IMG/VR virus record: IMGVR_UViG_3300023179_000040
Span: 32,001 to 96,000 of that record
DNA from: a virus
Strand: one strand, 5' to 3'
DNA length: 64,000 nucleotides
Shown: positions 29,401 through 38,754 of the stretch, in pieces
Layout of the letters: each line of letters starts with the position of its first letter
Position numbering within the stretch: position 1 is the first letter of the stretch
Notes under the pieces: model-generated
The model's input: the letters and a program-made list of their open reading frames with translations, nothing else
Told to the model about the DNA's origin: nothing
Databases searched by the model: none
Made by a program: the position numbers and the translations under genes

Positions 29401-29682
29401 GGATATACTGCTCCTAGAGGAGCAAAGCTATTATGTCGCTATGATAAAGATACAGGTTTTTATGAGCCTGTTAGTAAATCTGCTTTTATAGTAAAAGGAT
29501 CAATTGTTCCAGGAACAAATACTGCCACTTTGGAAATGTCGTATGCTCCAGGTAAAAAACGAGGAGAACCGTATCCTACTATGTTAGTAAATTTTGATAA
29601 TCCATTTGATCTATCAACAACTAATAATAAAGGATTATTCACTTATATGAACAGCAAATGGATTTTAACTACTAGTAGGTAA
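23419..29682 (+). CDS. Large putative tail tip/baseplate hub protein
   Basis: 2087 aa; N-terminal hub-like segment (GWSGQASQLTVSLIED...FSFGGIVQSW); position in tail module; CPFC...CTKC insertion. Confidence 0.45.
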   Translation: MPLCAPTGKMIAQTLFLGASISSINVSKGWSGQASQLTVSLIEDKNPVCGNAQIINNSTPPITWADNHYHTCSGIECYISTVSGAPISANTPPSEWMLPGKVYYYLDDTSNIVSKYYTDQDPGFFGNKTKINTSGDITTSEYVYDIIGSPVIFKLGDFSFGGIVQSWSRTENTSGRGYSVNIQGFESILAQSYILLSDFAGAIYAADSSNSEWGGPRNIMTSDAVYNNSIGKGNIPNVFNIYGFLESMNKGGFGGANLNENGIEVQKIVDALLVLTSSTNSNITPGSTPLLSQVGSDPDYGAPKSAFSPFGRIVVKKMQEEISSTTIGTTFKSYGVIPPDDPFITNGTNNTYCEFLLDLSELPTFPKDYRIAGPSISILDFITQITEESGYDYHISMYRLYGQNYIKVHTIPRNQQPVPNMISNTVKLLRCNGYPVSSVNTGKELNESNARTMIIGGKQQRLYQAKSLRLAYTQSSYIYNPQSKKFVDYIQISGTSKPFNHGKIKFPNPLSTHNLVVSTGINPTFTGIYNELNAIAPTGFSSNDTVWNDNLNLASNQSDMVVGNYYLSKEILPTGTMPNRFYPIYNDVISPFFGYISDTEYSIDTSAANNEFKRIRPVYFDTWTGQCIVVLKIHELPLTKVNLEGFYTDRGVGTFIVTENEIRAALAGFDNFIIYSLSKTYKNDLIEMVRRAYYDKYKKEFIDSGISTSNAEALAKDKTNWYWNLIGGNIAGLYGQPSAISPDEGDGSHEIDEDAIQDLQLIHSFVSKLGEFYGKKYMVSAPRLRAYKDDQYADITVSTNIGDAYVFQGGGNLYYNYEPTNDGAWEEYGNIIDDTMVVGGNDWYNLTDDSGKIKPIIGYNANNTIDIVRQKLCEFSKNNLNTYIDNKSNDPFWNYEAYEYLKSIAKSDCLKFTLESLDLSSLDSSDYIIKTVRSSNANSRPTNNRGNVNWNVTTARDAWGSGIPTTGTNYDLMQKLYLNTSIEEGFTFLDPINLRGAKIIVDAPSIKLNSTQAEIDKDPNRTVISTVAMEDLSIYLHKTHPSKRNKHWIKYMLYYTGDINYEALISDQGVAAPDIVGSEASSNMRSSNFVEIAPKVAHPFFVGIPIKINQYSYGPWTNYPSHVSNIFPSGTYVNISDTFPSTCVSSGISGISVANTIDNWITPTKILVDPDLVPWNYGGSALLDRAALNIIEKDLNYQSILETAQIDLVGLPYFGLGMTFSYDALTPPILSLNSKTISYTDIKGPSFDSASLTPITGGYPIGIFDLPTTTTTTKNFNIKSISGTYSNTNGGPLITNIQTSIGQGGVTTTYTFRTYTAKVGLFNKLSNDKLKRFYQQNFKRNKQLAKINQQTQNLGSVQQRTIDNLRFNKAELSSESFRSKLFGWSPSTVLIAQAHPYLRDVEQPPISGNELYAQTLIMDETPGIGSPAIAYSIPESKDIGVTGVFTVGRFTTSDLSIPVLSDATTLNTSVGLYELKEVNAQLKKQYGLQSVMSLDGIFSPISFYPTLKNSTFHYGLYDTSMCPFCSGTKNINVTAYKRDPTTLNSIAYKKYCTKCGRVDQNNIDTLKGSATTTAGSQSIETLPPYIVSSGTDISILKEFKSLAGSTSTATITTSTSSVGGAGVSIPINLVTLNPIIVPYGNFRNLNAQNYTGIHPDGSGVHGILSYPNGGTRYFHDRCRHSIGIVGRGAVRNELKIYKNQNKLVQNHHPDYYNDDLLLYEKLNKLGQPKTYQMNQRFLGLRGPLSMHSWGYDLEGYPVPNAADEPYEIDTNGEPLRFKLKLKDGYPKKTAYKNLTDGALYMYPLNESGNAPQTYAKEYVKKPRTKPEKQTIIVPDQDAPIEFTVTDDTEVLEYIYEDDMTQTGFSAGVTGMGTDRTAGYQGSVVSKTQKLGSDGKWTEKKKLKDFYLNWGERPDLWPVGPIDLRWDSNRRVWTMKSSEAATIYKMVYVTLEEDLMKDDDVDDTYPARGFLDDLEYSTQPLASGLRRLVFVKDRSGYTAPRGAKLLCRYDKDTGFYEPVSKSAFIVKGSIVPGTNTATLEMSYAPGKKRGEPYPTMLVNFDNPFDLSTTNNKGLFTYMNSKWILTTSR

Positions 29683-29688
29683 TCTAAG

Positions 29689-32600
29689 ATGTATTATCCA
29701 ATTAATAATTTCTCTAACTGTAATATTTTTTCTAATAGCTTTTTACAAGATTTAGAATCTTATAACTTACTAAATGACAGCAATAGTGATCTACATATAG
29801 TCTATGATGGTGATAGTATATCGTCTTCTAATTTGATCGATTTTAAGATAAATGATATGCTTTCTTTGATTCCAGAAACAAATCTGTCACTTACGAAAGA
29901 TGTGTGGTTTCCTGCTATTGCTTATTATGATATTTTAAATCCATCATTAACTAGTAAATATAAGCCTGTATTTGACAAGACAATCAACTATAACCCTATT
30001 TTAGGTATAGACTCCATGATTGTATTTCAACCAAAATTTAAAAATTGGACTATGACTATCAATGGTGAGACACAAAAAAACATGGTTTGTAATTGGCATA
30101 TTAATTCTATACTATCAAATGTAGAAGCCAGATATGGAATAATGTATTGGTATAAATATACTGACTATGGACGTCAGCAAAATTTTAATTATGCCGATTT
30201 ATCGAATCATACTAAATTTACTTTAGATTTTAATATTACCTATGGCCCGAGTAATGCCTTAAAGACCATATCGGCTAATTCTGTTTTAGAAAAATATGAT
30301 AACACATACATTAAACTTCCAGAAACTTATAGAGCAAAAATAGAGTCTGGATCGGATGTCAATTCTGACAGTAATCCTATTTCATTTGGTCCTTCTTGGC
30401 CATTATTGGCCATTTCTGATATAAATACAAATAATTGGCAAAGTCAATGTAAAATTATTAAAGATAGTATTTTTAGTCGTAACAATACTAATTTAGATAT
30501 ATATATCAGTAATGGAGATTGTTTTTCTTATTATGAAAGCTACGCAGATAGATTGAGAAGTATGGCAGCCAGTATGCCGACAAAAACCTATTTATCTCAT
30601 GGGCTCTTTAATATTTATAGAGAAATTTATCATAGATTATCTATTTCAAGACCAAAAAAATTTAATAAATCTTTATCGGTTAAACAAGCTAGATTATTAC
30701 AAAAATTATCTTATTTTTTGAGCAGTGGTCCTTTAATGGATCGAACCACCGTCGATCTTTTATTAGATGATAGTATACAACAGTCTGTTAGAGATTATAT
30801 TGATAGTGATACATCTAGTGTAGCGTCTGAGATTACCGGATTAAAAAATATTTTGCAGACGATATATAGTAAATTTACAAATTTATCTACGTATCAATAT
30901 AAGCAAACTCAAAATTTAAATTATATATTAACAAAAAAAGATCTTTTTAAGTGCTTAACACCCAAATATGGTTGTGGTTTATGGATAGATAATCCGACAA
31001 CTATACAATATAAATATCCATTAAAAAATGGTCCACATTTATTATCTACTCAGAATTATACTAGCTGGTGTAAACCCAATAGTATTGTTGATTCTTCCAA
31101 TGAAATTTTCTTTAATAATAGTGCTATTTCAGTAGGTAATTTACTATATCAAACTAGTATATCTACGACAGGATCAGTTGTACGCTTTGCTACTAATTTT
31201 ACGAGTAATAATACTATTGTTGATGTACCACTTGCCGATATTTCTTTACATCAAACCAAATTAGATAAACTATTTTTAAGTTCTGGTATATATCAGCCTT
31301 GGACCGGATATGAAACAGAATTTAATCTATCGGACGTACTCGGCACCACAGATGATGCTACATATTTTTGGGAACAAATTGGCGGACCCAATTGTTTGCG
31401 ATTTAATGATTATAATAAAGATAAATCTAGTAGGGGTAGTTTTTTAAATATACGTAGATTTTTCACAAGCACTTTCGATTCTCCATCGGTATATACTAGG
31501 CAGTCCGGTACTTATTTGATTAAGTGTACCAGAAATAGTAAAGGAAGCACAGATTCTGATATTGTGATATTAACTAATGATCCCACAGGTATTCCTACTA
31601 TTTCTATACCAACAAAAATCGGTAATTCTCTTTATCCTACTATTATTTCTAGCATACCAAAAACTATAGCTTTTAATAAACAGGGTATGATTGGCATGAT
31701 CTCATCTGAGAATTATGTAGATACAGACGATATTAATGTGAGTGAAGATTTTGATGAATATGGTATAGCAAAATTTAAAGACTATAAAATTAATTTAAAC
31801 GAAGGTTATCGTATACCAGTTTTACAAACAGGTGGTTATTTTTCATTAAATATTAATCCCTCTGGACTATATACATTTTTGTCTTCTATATCTTTACAAA
31901 ATATGAGGGATGAAAAGTATGAATATTGTCAATGCCCTTCTTTATACGAAGAAAAAATCCTGAGAAAACCACGCAAAGGTATAAGTTTACCAGTATTAGG
32001 TAGCAGTGATTTTACTAGAGACATAGATGCACAATATAAATTTATTTACCATAATAGAAATGGTAAAATGTTGGATGCTCCGCCGGTAGTTATTAACGTA
32101 CCCACAGCATCCACAGCATATTCTCCGAAAATACTGCCATATGGAGGATATGGAAAAGATATTGTTGATTCAATCGGTATTAATATGCCAGGACATCCAA
32201 AGCCTTTGAGTGGACTTATCCCTCCAGTAACAGGTAGTTTAGCAAATGCATTACCAATCTTAACAGAGCGTAATAATTTTGAAATGAGTGCTGATGTTAA
32301 TAAAAAATTAATATGCCACTTAAGAGAGATACAACCAACAGGAACTAAGCATTATGTAAATATGAGCCGTGGTCATTTCCATCCTATTAGCGGATGGATC
32401 ACAGATACTAAATATATCGGTAAATCTAATGTATGGAGAAACAAGCCTTATCTTAGATCTTCTTATGAATTTGTTGGTGCTGGTTTTGCTGATATATCTC
32501 CTAAAAATACTTTTGATAATAATTTATATATTTATTCTAGTGATATTAATTTATTACCTATTATATATGAAAATATTGATCAGGATGATAAATATGGATT

Positions 32601-35600
32601 TTATAATATAAATAGTGATCCCAAACTAGAACCAGACTTTATAATCGAAGATCAAGGATATGATGATTTTATTGATAGTGGTAGTTGTGGTAGCAATAAA
32701 ACCATCTATAGATTACCTGACTCCATAAACAATCGTACTATTAAGAGTCTCGATGTAAAAATAAATTTAATGAATCACTTTAATCCTAAAAATTTAGTGA
32801 TTTGGCTGGAGGTAAAAAATACAGACAGCCCCATTAGCGGCATAGTATCTAATGATCCTACTAATTTATACATAGATAGTACAAGATATCAAAATCATTC
32901 GACATCTATGTCTGGGTATTTAAATAATTTACAGATATCTAATAGCGGTATCGATAATCTAAAAATTTATTTATTGAATCAACAGCATATTAGTAATTAT
33001 AGTTTAGATTTCACTATTAACTTTTCAGATTTTGCAGACAAATATGTTTTAGCTAATCGTTCATTATATGGCAATAATAATATTTCCTGTAATTATCTTA
33101 ATAATAATAGCTTAATTACATCGACACTATCTAGTGTTTCAGGATATAATGATATAGAACTAGATAAGTTTACGAAAGCTATAAAATTTAATCAAATAAA
33201 TTTAATTAATAATAATCTATCTAAATTTAAAAATATTCCACTTAAAAATACCACGATTACACTTAAAATAGCAAATATAGAACCCCTGGAACACACATAC
33301 TCTGTATTAGACAATTTGAATAATCATAATAATCTATTGGGCCTTAATACTACCGAAAGACACAGGGTTTCTGGACAATTAAGAGACAGTATTTGTAAAT
33401 GGTCTGTGGTTGTACACACATCATCGACAACAAGATCTAGTACTCAGGGTATAGATGCTTATATAGACTATAATGGTAGTATATCAAATATTATACCAAC
33501 AGGAGAATATCTAAATAGCCAGACCAATAAATTTGATCCTAATATAGGATATGCCGGAAATAGTAATTATCTGCCTACTAATATTAGTGGTTATGATTTT
33601 ATAGGAGATTTTTCTGATAAAAATTTTCTTATACCACTAGTTAATATTAATGCTCCATATAATTATTTAGCTAATATTTCTGAATGTTTTTATAATGATC
33701 CTAATATACCAAGATTAATTTCTAATTTTCCGCCACAATTCCCATCGCTATTGGGATATTTGGTTATGGGTGTAGGGGCGGCTTCTCTTGCCGGTTTCGG
33801 TTTAGCCGGCGCTATGGCAGGATTAGCCTTGATAGGCCAGGCATTAAGTCAAGGAGGTAGAAATGATCCTATCATTAATTTTCTAATAGATAGTAGAAAC
33901 TATAATCAAACAGCAGTAAGTAATGCTCAATTTTATAAGCCAGTATATTCATCAGAAAATTATGGATATGGAGATAGGGCTATAGTGGCTGTAAGTCAAG
34001 ATGGGGCATTATGGTATAATGTAGAAGTACCTATTTTTAGATATTCAAATACTCCTCTAGTAGCCAAGAATATATATAAATATATTAAGTTAAATAATAA
34101 TGCTCCAAATATTTTAAGTAAATTTAATTTTAAGGTCCTTACAGATCAAAAGGATTTAGATTTAGCCTATTGTATTGGAACTATTTCTGAAGATATAGAA
34201 AGCGACGATTATCAACCTGACAATTTTTATTTAAGTTTAAAAACTAATGATATAGTATATTTAGATAATCAAAATTCTGATAGAGATAATGGCTACTATT
34301 GTGTTAATTTAGTTCCTAATACTGATAGATCATCAACAATAGATTCTTGGTATAAAATTCCTTCTAGAAATTCTGTACATTTTTTATCTTACAATAATGT
34401 TGGTAGCGGATTATTTAATAGCATAAATAGTTCTGGTACTATCAAAAATAATATTATTATTGATGGTATACGGGCTTATAATTTTTTTGATATTGGCGAA
34501 ACAGCCACCCTGTCCGAACCATTAGGGGCGTCTGTTAGTATTACAGATAAATCTATTATTGCTACTCGAACAGGACAAAAAACCATTTTAACTTTGTCAT
34601 CTGGATTAAAATTAAAAGCTGATGCTCAAATTTTTAAAGCAGACAGCGCTGCTAATGTTATTTTCTTATATAAAGATTCTGTATCTAGCGTGGCGGGAGA
34701 CACTGTTCCTATTAATCAGTGGGCTTCTGATAGTAAAAAGTCTTTTGATAGTAAATCTAAAGATACTGAAATCAGACTTAGCTGTATAGGAGAAGGAAGT
34801 ATTGGGTGGGGAACAGATAGTATTTTCCCAGAAACAGTTTCATGGCTAAAGCCCCAAGAACAAAATAACAACAACGCCGATATAAATAATCATAACAATG
34901 ATATTATAAATATAAATAATTTAGCTATTATTACTGGTGAAGTAGTTCAATATATCACTGCTGGTCCTACTAAATTCAGTTTAGACGGAACAATTTCTGA
35001 TAGAGACATAAAAGATAGAATTAAGGCATCATTATATAGTTTTGATAATATTGGATTATCATTCAACGATATTTCTAGTATATCAAATAGTGATAATATT
35101 ATTATAAATACTATACTTAAAAGAGGTTATCAGACATCATATCCAGATCAAAAAAATAAAATATTTATTGATTTAAAATCTGATGAATTTATTAATATAC
35201 CAGAATCTGGATCTATAGTGCTTGATCAAGATAATTTATATTACAAGTCTATTAAATTTTTAGATTCTGACATCACAACCATAAAAAATAGATTAACAGA
35301 TTTGTTGTCTGTTGATAATGATTTTAATCCTGGTTCGATAAGCGATATATATACTATCAATAGTATTGATAATTGTCAAAAATATTATAACTCTTTAAGT
35401 GATGATCCTGAACAATGTTATCAAGCGAATAGAAGTACTGTGCTTGTTTGTAATAAACTAAAAGCAGAAAAAAGATTAAAAGAACTATATAAAGAAAAAT
35501 ATGATCTTGATATGGCATTAATGCTTAATAGCAGTGGTATACAAATGCCCCATATAAGCGGGTCTATAGTAAACTCATTACCCACTGGCATAACGATCAA

Positions 35601-36432
35601 ATATACGGAAAATACCAATTTATATTGGATACATATAGACCCAAATCAAAAATGTTCCATCAATGACGAACTTACAGTTAAAGTCCTAACAAAAACTAAC
35701 GTGTACGCTGTACCAGTAACTGACACATTTGTGCCATCTAATATGATTACGCCAAATTATGATGAAGCATCAAATTTTGTGTCTGGTGTTAATGTTACTA
35801 CTAAATGGAATGGATATGAAACCGAATATACGATACCAGATAGTATTGTTCAGAGAGAAAAGAATAATATCGCTACAAAATATTCTAGTCTAGACTGGAC
35901 AGAAGATGATGAAATTTTTGTTTATGGGCAGGCCCCAGTACAAGAAGATAGAACTAATAGTAAAAAAGTTATGATCTGCCCTAATACATCTAGAGATTAT
36001 ATTATACAGCTCAAAGAGACTTATATTAGACCACCATGCAGATATACTGGTCCGATTTCTGGAGTTATAGATTTTAGTCAAAATGATCTTAAATTAAAAT
36101 TTAGAAATCTACCAAGAAAACTGAAAAGTGTAGACTCTGAAATGTATCAAAGATACACATATGATACTAGGGGTAATTTAGTAAAAGATACTTCATTCTT
36201 TGCTAATGTAGGCCAGATAGCAAATAATTTTGTTTGTTGGCAATGTTTTAATACTAGTGGTATTTATGTAACGGGTATACCACCATACTTTATAGCAGCC
36301 AACGAAATGAGGTATCGCTCATTCTTTGGTAGTATAGACGGCATAGAGCACAAGAATACCTTTGTATCAGATTCCAAAGAGGACTGGGAATGGATACCAT
36401 ACGAGTATTATCAGCCTACGGGCGTTATTTAG
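29689..36432 (+). CDS. Very large putative tail/receptor-binding protein
   Basis: 2247 aa; PKD-like YFWEQIGGP, P-domain-like IKSLDVKINL..H..PKNLVIWL, fibre-like DIVYLDNQ....NGYY, one hydrophobic helix. Confidence 0.45.
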   Translation: MYYPINNFSNCNIFSNSFLQDLESYNLLNDSNSDLHIVYDGDSISSSNLIDFKINDMLSLIPETNLSLTKDVWFPAIAYYDILNPSLTSKYKPVFDKTINYNPILGIDSMIVFQPKFKNWTMTINGETQKNMVCNWHINSILSNVEARYGIMYWYKYTDYGRQQNFNYADLSNHTKFTLDFNITYGPSNALKTISANSVLEKYDNTYIKLPETYRAKIESGSDVNSDSNPISFGPSWPLLAISDINTNNWQSQCKIIKDSIFSRNNTNLDIYISNGDCFSYYESYADRLRSMAASMPTKTYLSHGLFNIYREIYHRLSISRPKKFNKSLSVKQARLLQKLSYFLSSGPLMDRTTVDLLLDDSIQQSVRDYIDSDTSSVASEITGLKNILQTIYSKFTNLSTYQYKQTQNLNYILTKKDLFKCLTPKYGCGLWIDNPTTIQYKYPLKNGPHLLSTQNYTSWCKPNSIVDSSNEIFFNNSAISVGNLLYQTSISTTGSVVRFATNFTSNNTIVDVPLADISLHQTKLDKLFLSSGIYQPWTGYETEFNLSDVLGTTDDATYFWEQIGGPNCLRFNDYNKDKSSRGSFLNIRRFFTSTFDSPSVYTRQSGTYLIKCTRNSKGSTDSDIVILTNDPTGIPTISIPTKIGNSLYPTIISSIPKTIAFNKQGMIGMISSENYVDTDDINVSEDFDEYGIAKFKDYKINLNEGYRIPVLQTGGYFSLNINPSGLYTFLSSISLQNMRDEKYEYCQCPSLYEEKILRKPRKGISLPVLGSSDFTRDIDAQYKFIYHNRNGKMLDAPPVVINVPTASTAYSPKILPYGGYGKDIVDSIGINMPGHPKPLSGLIPPVTGSLANALPILTERNNFEMSADVNKKLICHLREIQPTGTKHYVNMSRGHFHPISGWITDTKYIGKSNVWRNKPYLRSSYEFVGAGFADISPKNTFDNNLYIYSSDINLLPIIYENIDQDDKYGFYNINSDPKLEPDFIIEDQGYDDFIDSGSCGSNKTIYRLPDSINNRTIKSLDVKINLMNHFNPKNLVIWLEVKNTDSPISGIVSNDPTNLYIDSTRYQNHSTSMSGYLNNLQISNSGIDNLKIYLLNQQHISNYSLDFTINFSDFADKYVLANRSLYGNNNISCNYLNNNSLITSTLSSVSGYNDIELDKFTKAIKFNQINLINNNLSKFKNIPLKNTTITLKIANIEPLEHTYSVLDNLNNHNNLLGLNTTERHRVSGQLRDSICKWSVVVHTSSTTRSSTQGIDAYIDYNGSISNIIPTGEYLNSQTNKFDPNIGYAGNSNYLPTNISGYDFIGDFSDKNFLIPLVNINAPYNYLANISECFYNDPNIPRLISNFPPQFPSLLGYLVMGVGAASLAGFGLAGAMAGLALIGQALSQGGRNDPIINFLIDSRNYNQTAVSNAQFYKPVYSSENYGYGDRAIVAVSQDGALWYNVEVPIFRYSNTPLVAKNIYKYIKLNNNAPNILSKFNFKVLTDQKDLDLAYCIGTISEDIESDDYQPDNFYLSLKTNDIVYLDNQNSDRDNGYYCVNLVPNTDRSSTIDSWYKIPSRNSVHFLSYNNVGSGLFNSINSSGTIKNNIIIDGIRAYNFFDIGETATLSEPLGASVSITDKSIIATRTGQKTILTLSSGLKLKADAQIFKADSAANVIFLYKDSVSSVAGDTVPINQWASDSKKSFDSKSKDTEIRLSCIGEGSIGWGTDSIFPETVSWLKPQEQNNNNADINNHNNDIININNLAIITGEVVQYITAGPTKFSLDGTISDRDIKDRIKASLYSFDNIGLSFNDISSISNSDNIIINTILKRGYQTSYPDQKNKIFIDLKSDEFINIPESGSIVLDQDNLYYKSIKFLDSDITTIKNRLTDLLSVDNDFNPGSISDIYTINSIDNCQKYYNSLSDDPEQCYQANRSTVLVCNKLKAEKRLKELYKEKYDLDMALMLNSSGIQMPHISGSIVNSLPTGITIKYTENTNLYWIHIDPNQKCSINDELTVKVLTKTNVYAVPVTDTFVPSNMITPNYDEASNFVSGVNVTTKWNGYETEYTIPDSIVQREKNNIATKYSSLDWTEDDEIFVYGQAPVQEDRTNSKKVMICPNTSRDYIIQLKETYIRPPCRYTGPISGVIDFSQNDLKLKFRNLPRKLKSVDSEMYQRYTYDTRGNLVKDTSFFANVGQIANNFVCWQCFNTSGIYVTGIPPYFIAANEMRYRSFFGSIDGIEHKNTFVSDSKEDWEWIPYEYYQPTGVI

Positions 36433-36757
36433 ACGAGTCTTTATTCCACTTGTGCCAGCCTTTATTTGGCAAATAGTTATTCTCATCATCTTTTCTTTTA
36501 GGAAATAGAGTACCACCCTTTTTGTGTTGTCCAAAAGATAATATTGCTCCGCATTTGATATCTGTGCATCTTAGCTCATAATAATCATTGCTATCAACAT
36601 TTCTCACTATAAACTTAATATTTATGCCGCCACATAGACCGCAACGATCTTCTGAAAAAATTTCTTGTATTGTCGCAAGTTCTTTGAAAACTTCTTTTTG
36701 TCCATCAGCTTCTATTTCAAATGATAATTTATCATTAGCGGTATATTTGACTTTCAT
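36425..36757 (-). CDS. Zn-finger protein of unknown function
   Basis: CGLC...CTDIKC; abuts the Rad52-like gene. Confidence 0.6.
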   Translation of the reverse strand: MKVKYTANDKLSFEIEADGQKEVFKELATIQEIFSEDRCGLCGGINIKFIVRNVDSNDYYELRCTDIKCGAILSFGQHKKGGTLFPKRKDDENNYLPNKGWHKWNKDSSK

Positions 36758-36760
36758 AGT

Positions 36761-37498
36761 TTATTTCCATTCATTGTTAAAGCCCAATAATTCGCTCGGA
36801 ATCTTAGACATATCCTGTTGATATTGAGATAGTAGTCTTATCACAGACACCGCATCATCATGATTTAACGAGTATATGTTTTTTGATTCCAAAGAATTAT
36901 TTTCTAAAAGTTTGGTTACATTTATATTAAGTCTTTTTGACAATACGTCAATAAAATTAATTTGATTATTTGTTATTTTAGATACAGAATTTTCATCTGG
37001 ATGATCTTCTATATCTTTAGCCAATTCTTCAGCTGCTACTACTTTTCTTAGCTTAAGAGCTCTTCTTAGTGCTCTACCTTCTGCTCGTGTTTCGGCTACC
37101 GCTACAGGATGATTACGATATACTTTATCGCAATTACCCCAATAAACGTCCGCAGAGCCATCCACTGTCACGGTATTTAATTCATTGATGGTGGACCCTG
37201 TGTCTTTTAAATAAAAGCATAGGGAGTGTACCACAGTGGCCCTTTTTTCATTATCCGGTGATGGAGCTTGTACAACTTGGCTGGTTGATGATAATATTTG
37301 GCAATTTAATGCTATTTCAAATATGCGCCTAAGACCGTCAGTGGTTGGATTACCAGAAATTTTTTCATCATCCGCCAACAAAGATAACACATGGTCTGTC
37401 CAGGCTATATCGTTCGGTGTTATCTTGATAGTCTCCTGAACATTTTCTGATTGTGGTTCGGTATTTGATACTGCATTTTCTTTTTTAGATTTTGCCAT
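36761..37498 (-). CDS. Putative Rad52/Sak-like single-strand annealing protein
   Basis: DGSAD...VAVAETRAEGRALRRAL helix resembles the Rad52-fold AETRAxGRALR motif. Confidence 0.45.
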   Translation of the reverse strand: MAKSKKENAVSNTEPQSENVQETIKITPNDIAWTDHVLSLLADDEKISGNPTTDGLRRIFEIALNCQILSSTSQVVQAPSPDNEKRATVVHSLCFYLKDTGSTINELNTVTVDGSADVYWGNCDKVYRNHPVAVAETRAEGRALRRALKLRKVVAAEELAKDIEDHPDENSVSKITNNQINFIDVLSKRLNINVTKLLENNSLESKNIYSLNHDDAVSVIRLLSQYQQDMSKIPSELLGFNNEWK

Positions 37499-38312
37499 TA
37501 TAATCCTCTATAATAAATGTCCTATTGTCTGCGGATGGAAAATTAGTAGATATATTCTTTAATATGTCTGATAGTTGGGAATAAATCAGATTTGCTCTAG
37601 TTACTGAAAAATCTTTAGTTTGTTTAATCCTGATCAAAGCCATTCCTTTGCCAAGTAGAAGACCCTCTTTTTTACTATCATATGTTTGATTCTTTTTGAG
37701 TACTTCTTCACCCCACACCGGCAAAAAATGAGATGGTCCATCTACCTCTATGGCCGTATTCATGGTAGGTAGGAACAGATCTATTTGCAACTTTGTATTT
37801 GATAAGGTTTGTTCTTTATGAAAATCTACTTTATAGCCATTACTGATTAATTTATCTAATAGAAATCTTTCAAGTTTTGATCCAACTTTACTAGAATTCC
37901 TTACGGCCTGATTAGCTTTTTTAATCATGTTTTGTTTAGTGTCTTCATCCATCTGATCCCATAGTTCTTTACTTTTATTTTTTCTATTTGCTAATTCTTG
38001 ATCATCCAATGAATCCCATGATTTTAATACTCCTTTACCAATTTTGGCCTTCTCAGAGTCCGAACGCTTACTACCTTTGGTCGGATGCTTATGTTTTCCA
38101 GTGCTTAGTGCATTTTTTTGTGCATTAGATTTGTCTCGTATAGGTATTTTAAAGCTAATAGCATCTCTACGGACTTTATTGGCATATGTATTATATGACG
38201 CTGCTATATCGGCAAAACTATTTTTTTGTTTAATATATAGTTCTCTGATAAGCTGTTCTTTTTGTATTTTAGATAGTAGATTATAAGATTTCGGATAATT
38301 TGTCATAGTCAA
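37485..38312 (-). CDS. NUMOD3-like plus Vsr/DUF559-type endonuclease (homing endonuclease-like)
   Basis: KGSKRSDSEKAKIG repeat-type motif; SKLE...IDLFLP...AIEVDGPSH. Confidence 0.65.
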   Translation of the reverse strand: MTMTNYPKSYNLLSKIQKEQLIRELYIKQKNSFADIAASYNTYANKVRRDAISFKIPIRDKSNAQKNALSTGKHKHPTKGSKRSDSEKAKIGKGVLKSWDSLDDQELANRKNKSKELWDQMDEDTKQNMIKKANQAVRNSSKVGSKLERFLLDKLISNGYKVDFHKEQTLSNTKLQIDLFLPTMNTAIEVDGPSHFLPVWGEEVLKKNQTYDSKKEGLLLGKGMALIRIKQTKDFSVTRANLIYSQLSDILKNISTNFPSADNRTFIIEDYNGKI

Positions 38313-38754
38313 AATTCTCCACCATAGTAACGGGTTTTCTCCATACTATGCTATAAAGGTCATCTATTTCTTGATTGGAAGAAATAATATCGATATTATC
38401 AGACATAAATAATGATTTCCAATAATTAATTGGTTTACGATTTTTTTCCCACGGTATATTTATGGCGTAATAAAAAAGTTTATTAGCGTTGATCAGCTTT
38501 GTTGCAAAGAATAGGTCTTCTTCATTAAATGTTATGATATTACCGTAGAAAAACTTGGCTTGATTAATATTTAATATCGGAATATTTTTGCTGTCTATTA
38601 ACTCACAATAACTATTAAATACTACTATCTGATTAAATGGTCTATTATTAATGAATGAGCTTATTGTTTGTAAAATATTATTACTTACAGGGTCATTTTG
38701 TAGTGTTGGTATCAAAAATCCAAGATCTTTATATTTCATAGTATGATGACTCAT
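38281..38754 (-). CDS. Hypothetical protein in the glycosyltransferase-like cluster
   Basis: Overlapping operon arrangement; Rossmann-like strand/helix pattern. Confidence 0.5.
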   Translation of the reverse strand: MSHHTMKYKDLGFLIPTLQNDPVSNNILQTISSFINNRPFNQIVVFNSYCELIDSKNIPILNINQAKFFYGNIITFNEEDLFFATKLINANKLFYYAINIPWEKNRKPINYWKSLFMSDNIDIISSNQEIDDLYSIVWRKPVTMVENFDYDKLSEIL

